DNA from: a virus
Lineage: Duplodnaviria > Caudoviricetes
Direction: 5' to 3' (one strand)
Length of the DNA stretch: 30,396 nt
IMG/VR virus record: IMGVR_UViG_3300032243_000488
Span: 1-30,396 of that record
Made by a program: the position numbers and the translations under genes. Positions within the stretch are counted from its first letter, which is position 1; every line of letters starts with the position of its first letter. Below the pieces are notes generated by a model. The model had not been told where the DNA came from, ran no database searches, and saw only the letters and a program-made list of their open reading frames with translations. Shown here piece after piece: positions 24,916-30,396 of the stretch.

Positions 24916-27900
24916 TTATACGTATCCTTTATTAAATAAAGTATATAATGGTGAATTATAACAAAAACTTGTTGAGTTAAATGTTACACCATAATTACTT
25001 GAGTACCAATAAATACCGTTACCACTTACATATATTTGTCTACCTTGTGATGAAACATTTACTGATGGTAAAATACCAACATCATATGTTCCTAAAGTTG
25101 TTGTTATAAAATTAGCTCCATAATCTTGTGATATAATTACATCTTGATGATATGGTCCACTATCTACAATTGCTATTATAGAACCATCAGCACTACAATC
25201 AATATTATTTCTATAATTTGAACTTATAAAATAATTTCCTGCTAAAATATTATTAAATGTTACACCAAAATCACTTGATTTATATATACCAATATTAGAT
25301 GAAATATAAATATATTGTCCTGTTTTACTTATTACAACATGATTATAACCTAAATAAGGGTCTACAACAGGTAAATTATTATATTGTGTCCAAGTTGTAC
25401 CTGAATTTGATGATACCATACTATAATAATATGTTGTTCCAGAAGTACTTTTCATTACAATATATTGATATGAACCATCATAAGATAATGCACATAATAA
25501 TGGTGTATCACTTCCACTCGTACCTGTAACTTTACCATTTAAACTATCTGTTGAATAATTTGATGGATTATTATAATTATTATTTTTTATAACTAAAGGA
25601 TATTGTGGAGATACATATCCTTTTATACTTATTGAATATTTACCATTTCCTGACATACCAATTGCATTCCAACCTTTAGAGGTATATGTTGTATCTTCAT
25701 TAAAATTTGCACCATAATTAGATGAATTATAAATACCTATAGAATTTGTAGTTCCTGCAAAAGGAAGTATCATTTGATATTGACCATCCCAACTCATTGC
25801 AATTTCTCTAAAATCTATGTCCCATCCAACGTGTGTCGTATATGATGCTAATGAACAAGTAACACCAGAATTTGATGAATAATGGATTCCAGTTCTTGCA
25901 TAACTATCTACAGCCGTTACATATTTAAATGATTCAGGAACTAATGTAGGAGTTGGACTTGGAGTATTTGTAGGAGTTGGACTTGGAGTAGGAGTTATAC
26001 TTGGAGTATTTGTAGGGGTCATAGTTGGAGTAGGGGTATTTGTAGCAGTAGGAGTAGGAGTTGGGGTTGGGATACATATATTATATCCATATGTTGTTGA
26101 TGAACCGGTTATTATTCCATATGTTGTTCTTGCAGTATTAAATGTAGAACAACTACTCCAAAGATTAGTTCCTGTATATCCTGATGATACCCAAAATGGT
26201 CTAAACACTTCTAATAAACCTGATGGGTCATTATTATATTGTTTATTTCTCATAGTATCACAAGTCCAATCTATACAACTACCACTAATATATTCACTTT
26301 CAGTTATTTCATTCATTGTATAAGGAATATATTCATTTCTAAATGAACCTGTATTAAAATTTTCTATCGTTGAAGTAAATCCTGTTTTTGCTCCTGTTAA
26401 AGCTCCTACCTGATGATCATAATAAATAGACCATGCAAAATTTGTACTTCTTATATTAGGATTTGTAAAATCTGTTTTTAATTTAAAACAATAACCAAGT
26501 TGATCACAATATTGATATTTAAAATATCTATCAACATATTCTTGAGTATTGACATTATATTGTAATAATTGAACTTGAGTTAATTCTCTGTTGGTAAGAT
26601 TAAAGTCCACAATCTTATTTACAATGAAATACTGTTCGTTTATTTTGATTAAATCCTTTGGTTGAAGGTTTTGTATATCAGAATAGTTAAGGTTAAAATA
26701 CCCTGTTAAAAACCTTGTATTTGGATTGTATAAATTGGTAATTCTATTATTATAGAATTTATTATATACATCATTTTCCGTATATGTATTATATGTTTGT
26801 ACCCCGATTGTATCTGTAGGTTGTTCTGAATTAAATAATATACAGAAACTATCATCATTAATTTTTTGATTATCATTTAATCCCATTGGCATTGTATGAG
26901 ATATGGTTGGTACTACCCAATTTGAAAAATCATATGTATTACCAGTTGAAGAAGATAATTTAACTGTATAAGTATTATAAGCATTAGTGGTATTATATAC
27001 TTCATTTACACTATCTATAAATGGATTTTGTCCACCCAACCAAAAGAATAACTTTGGTTTTGTTTTAACTCCTTTATATAACCATCTTACCTGATTATCA
27101 TATGTACTTTGTTCACTTGATGCTGAATAATTTATACCTAAAGGAAGACCTATATTAGCATCCCATTTACGAATCAATTCAGGTGAAAATATTGTATCAA
27201 TTGTTTTTTGTTGTGATTTAAAATCAGTTGGATTATAAACTATATTTTGACCGTATATTCTATTATTAACATTTTTGAATATTCTATTTCCCTCATCTCC
27301 ATCTTCTAAATCTGTTAAGAATAATTCACTCTCAATATAATTCAATGCTGGTTCAACTGTAAATCCTTTATCCCAACTCATAAGTGGAGTCCAATCATAT
27401 ATATTTCCTGTTCCCATATAAAAGTCAAATGGTTCTATAATAATTTGATTTGGGTCATCAGGATCAGGTATGAATAATAAATCAAATTTCTTTGCAATTG
27501 AACTAAGTAAATCTATCTGTTTAATATTTTGATCTATTACTAAACTAAAATTAACAAAGTCACCATCCATAAACGCAACTGTATCTCCTATTTTTTTTGG
27601 TGTATATCTTAATGTACTAATATCAGCAACAGGAACACCTCCTGATTCAAATCCAAAATCAAATCCATATACTGCGTTGATAGTCAATCCACTTGTTCCT
27701 GCTGGTATTGTACCTCTTTCAGTATATGGAAACATATTGGCAAACGCATAACTAATATCTTCCAAAGAATAACAAGGGACACCTGTTCCTCTTTTACAAA
27801 CAATAATATTTAATGGTGTTCCATAACTTGTTGATCCACTATATATTAATTCAACTCCACTATTCGGTAATATTTCTATATTGTTTATCTTATAACTAAA

Positions 27901-28785
27901 TTTTGTTGCTTCTGAACTGAAATAACCATATAGATATAATGTCTTCATCCATGGAGTGTTCATAAAATCAGACTTGATTGTATATCCGTATTTCTTGAAT
28001 ATCAATTGAATAAGAGAATATATACTTAGTGCTGGTTTTAATTGATTATCTCTTAAACCATATGTTGGTGAATTGATATAATATTCTTTAACACCTGCTG
28101 CAGTTGCTCCACTTATACTTGTAAATCCACTAATTGGACTTGTTGATGTATATAATCTTGTTTGATCTACTGTTGCACCTGTAAAATTAGGTAATGTTGC
28201 ACCACTATAATCTATATAATTGTATCCATTATGTAGAATTGGATAGAAAAATGGGTATGGTTTTTCTTGATTTAAGAAAAAATTTGAAAGATAAAACTTT
28301 GAATTTACTTGTGCAACATTAAACGTATGATTAAAAGTATAATCTGTATCATTAAAATTTAAATCTTTTAATAAGTTATTACCTATTTGACCAAATAAAT
28401 CTCCTATTGTTGAATATAAAGTCACATCATATTCTACCTTACTATTTAATACACTAACTTTATTTAATCTCATATATCCCCTGAAATATGATTGACTATC
28501 TAATAAAACATCACAATTAACTCTAAGTGTTGCATTAAAATATAATGATTGAGCATCCACATTAAAGAATGATTCAAAGAATCTATTATTCTTTTTTGAA
28601 CCAGGTAAAGTCAAACCAATTGAATAGTCTGAATTTCTTTTAGAAATATCCTGTAACTCCGCAAAAGATTTATTAATCTTTATAGGAATATTACCATATA
28701 AATCTAATATTTCATATGGGGATAAAATTCCTTGATCATTTTTTGAATTTGAATAAACTCTTAATTGTGTTTGTTGTTGACTCAT
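24916..28785 (-). CDS. Tail tip/hub protein with a PT linker and C-terminal Asp-box (BNR) beta-propeller
   Basis: N-terminal LDLY...I......QDISKR..DYS....LPG...N...F tail motif; six S-x-[ND]-x-G-x-[TN]-[FWC] boxes. Confidence 0.75.
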   Translation of the reverse strand: MSQQQTQLRVYSNSKNDQGILSPYEILDLYGNIPIKINKSFAELQDISKRNSDYSIGLTLPGSKKNNRFFESFFNVDAQSLYFNATLRVNCDVLLDSQSYFRGYMRLNKVSVLNSKVEYDVTLYSTIGDLFGQIGNNLLKDLNFNDTDYTFNHTFNVAQVNSKFYLSNFFLNQEKPYPFFYPILHNGYNYIDYSGATLPNFTGATVDQTRLYTSTSPISGFTSISGATAAGVKEYYINSPTYGLRDNQLKPALSIYSLIQLIFKKYGYTIKSDFMNTPWMKTLYLYGYFSSEATKFSYKINNIEILPNSGVELIYSGSTSYGTPLNIIVCKRGTGVPCYSLEDISYAFANMFPYTERGTIPAGTSGLTINAVYGFDFGFESGGVPVADISTLRYTPKKIGDTVAFMDGDFVNFSLVIDQNIKQIDLLSSIAKKFDLLFIPDPDDPNQIIIEPFDFYMGTGNIYDWTPLMSWDKGFTVEPALNYIESELFLTDLEDGDEGNRIFKNVNNRIYGQNIVYNPTDFKSQQKTIDTIFSPELIRKWDANIGLPLGINYSASSEQSTYDNQVRWLYKGVKTKPKLFFWLGGQNPFIDSVNEVYNTTNAYNTYTVKLSSSTGNTYDFSNWVVPTISHTMPMGLNDNQKINDDSFCILFNSEQPTDTIGVQTYNTYTENDVYNKFYNNRITNLYNPNTRFLTGYFNLNYSDIQNLQPKDLIKINEQYFIVNKIVDFNLTNRELTQVQLLQYNVNTQEYVDRYFKYQYCDQLGYCFKLKTDFTNPNIRSTNFAWSIYYDHQVGALTGAKTGFTSTIENFNTGSFRNEYIPYTMNEITESEYISGSCIDWTCDTMRNKQYNNDPSGLLEVFRPFWVSSGYTGTNLWSSCSTFNTARTTYGIITGSSTTYGYNICIPTPTPTPTATNTPTPTMTPTNTPSITPTPSPTPTNTPSPTPTLVPESFKYVTAVDSYARTGIHYSSNSGVTCSLASYTTHVGWDIDFREIAMSWDGQYQMILPFAGTTNSIGIYNSSNYGANFNEDTTYTSKGWNAIGMSGNGKYSISIKGYVSPQYPLVIKNNNYNNPSNYSTDSLNGKVTGTSGSDTPLLCALSYDGSYQYIVMKSTSGTTYYYSMVSSNSGTTWTQYNNLPVVDPYLGYNHVVISKTGQYIYISSNIGIYKSSDFGVTFNNILAGNYFISSNYRNNIDCSADGSIIAIVDSGPYHQDVIISQDYGANFITTTLGTYDVGILPSVNVSSQGRQIYVSGNGIYWYSSNYGVTFNSTSFCYNSPLYTLFNKGYV
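25945..26070 (-). repeat. Pro/Thr linker repeats
   Basis: PTPTPTPTATNTPTPTMTPTNTPSITPTPSPTPTNTPSPTPT. Confidence 0.85.
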
Positions 28786-28788
28786 ATA

Positions 28789-30390
28789 TTAAAATCCTTG
28801 ATTAGCAAAGAATGTGTCTGCTGACTTAAATGTTATTCTATATTTGTTTAGTTTTTGGTGTTTCTTTGTAACTGTATCAACTTGTGTAGATAATACCTGT
28901 AATGGTCTTAAATCCCAATAGATTTTATCTTGTCTATCCATTGGTGATATAAAATTAGGTCTAACCTCATATACTTGTGGTGATGAAAATAAATCTTCTA
29001 ACCAATTAGCAGTAGGAACTGATAAATAATCTGACTCTACAACAAGTTCCTGACTTACATCAGTACCAAATGTCTTTGTACTTCTACCCACATTTATATC
29101 AGGTCCAGCACTATCAGTTGAAAAGTATCTACTATCAAAAGATTGTGTGGTAATTTTCTGTGTATTTTGTCTATAAGATTTAAATGTGAAATAATCATAC
29201 CCACCTTTAGAGTTTAAGAAACATATTCTTGTATTTTCAGGAAGACAATTATTATATAAATAAAAATAGAATGTCTCACTTACAGGACCAACTGGTCCTA
29301 CTGATGCACGTGATGTACTATTTGTTGGAAATGAATAGAATAATTGTACTGAATAATAAGCAACATTATCAAAAGTCTGTCCTGTTAAAAATAGATTTTG
29401 TATATCTGCTGGTCCACAAGGTAAAGCAAAGGGTTGTAATGTATCTGTATAACCTGTTGGTGATGCGTATGTTGTTCCACTAAAGTTTAATTGTTGTGCC
29501 CAATATCCATTAGTAACTAATTGAGTATTTGTATCATCGTATAAAGTAAAAACTGCGTAGTCTGCTTCTATAACCATTCTATCTCCTGATTGTCCGTTTA
29601 AATACCATAATACATAATTTTCATTAGGTTGTATATACTGGATACGTGGTGCGTCCGTTAAAAACCTACTTGTTTCACTCATCTCAGGTACGGTGGGATA
29701 ATCCATCATATATTGAGACATAGGTGACAATCGTCTATAAACATCCAATGTATTGATTGTTAAACCTGTTCCCATAACCGTTCCAATCTCTTGATCAAAG
29801 TTTGGTAATAAGTATTTATCACTACCCATTTGAAATTGACCACCTACATAATCAAAGTATTGTCCTGTGTTTGTAAATCCTGAAGCTGTAAATCCTGTTG
29901 AATTAATACAGTTTGGTATATTTGTATAATGATTATAATTATTTGTTGGTGTCCCACCTGTATATTCTGTAACTGTTACACCACTTGCATTGACATATCT
30001 ATATCCATATTTATAATTTGCGGTAATAATATTAGGGTATGGGTTGTTTATATTAATTGTATTGTTTGTATCGGTCCAATTATTTAACCAATAATAAGTA
30101 AAATGTTCTGATTCAACATAGTTTGATAGATAATTATATGGTCTTAAATTGAAAAAATAACTATAAGTTCCACCTGTTAATGATGTACTATATGGAACTA
30201 AAGTCATTCTTCCTACTTTAATTCCATCACCGTATAAATCTACATCTAATTCCATATCACCTTCATAGGTAGTACCAGTTAAAACTATATTATAGTTTCC
30301 TCCTCGTTGATAAACCATGTCGGTTGATCTTCTTAATTGTGTGTTGTTGTTTAGACCGTTAGCGTATAAACTTTGGTATCCAAATGCCAT
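28789..30390 (-). CDS. Tail structural protein (possibly distal-tail-like)
   Basis: FLTDAP, C-terminal FLN..GG.DYF.F and WLE.LF.SP.VY; precedes the tail tip gene. Confidence 0.65.
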   Translation of the reverse strand: MAFGYQSLYANGLNNNTQLRRSTDMVYQRGGNYNIVLTGTTYEGDMELDVDLYGDGIKVGRMTLVPYSTSLTGGTYSYFFNLRPYNYLSNYVESEHFTYYWLNNWTDTNNTININNPYPNIITANYKYGYRYVNASGVTVTEYTGGTPTNNYNHYTNIPNCINSTGFTASGFTNTGQYFDYVGGQFQMGSDKYLLPNFDQEIGTVMGTGLTINTLDVYRRLSPMSQYMMDYPTVPEMSETSRFLTDAPRIQYIQPNENYVLWYLNGQSGDRMVIEADYAVFTLYDDTNTQLVTNGYWAQQLNFSGTTYASPTGYTDTLQPFALPCGPADIQNLFLTGQTFDNVAYYSVQLFYSFPTNSTSRASVGPVGPVSETFYFYLYNNCLPENTRICFLNSKGGYDYFTFKSYRQNTQKITTQSFDSRYFSTDSAGPDINVGRSTKTFGTDVSQELVVESDYLSVPTANWLEDLFSSPQVYEVRPNFISPMDRQDKIYWDLRPLQVLSTQVDTVTKKHQKLNKYRITFKSADTFFANQGF

Positions 30391-30396
30391 ATTATA
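30274..30396. repeat. Terminal direct repeat, right copy
   Basis: Identical to 1..123. Confidence 0.97.

Noticed and set aside
1-30396. Stop-codon reassignment or tRNA genes
   Set aside because: Genes tile densely and intact in the standard code, and I saw no cloverleaf or T-arm motif in intergenic DNA

Overview
This window looks like one complete, circularly permuted, AT-rich tailed-phage genome: a 30,273 bp unit with a 123 bp end overlap. It is siphovirus-like, and the host is probably a Bacteroidota species, judged from TTTG-N19-TAnnTTT(G/A) promoters, A-rich leaders without Shine-Dalgarno sites, and the style of the head and tail proteins. Almost all genes are on the minus strand: terminase subunits, portal, major capsid, scaffold, a large modular XkdF-type prohead protease, tail tube, a -1 frameshifting tail assembly chaperone, tape measure, tail tip and adhesin proteins, a GT2 glycosyltransferase, a sigma-like factor and a ferritin-like protein. 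A short plus-strand early block lies at 10.9-12.6 kb. I could not recognise any replication, integration or lysis gene. Four signals stand out. (1) Two promoter-to-terminator non-coding units display anti-start-codon sequences (anti Met-Ala, -Glu, -Lys, -Gly, -Ser), and one has a terminator/antiterminator alternative fold. (2) The protease appears to be a polyprotein with about 500 aa of inserted modules, including a copy of the capsid protein's N-terminal arm. (3) An [ST]-G-x-T motif is strongly enriched in virion proteins and may be a glycosylation sequon. (4) DnaA boxes occur in a genome that has no initiator gene. All protein family calls come from motif recognition by eye, not from database searches.
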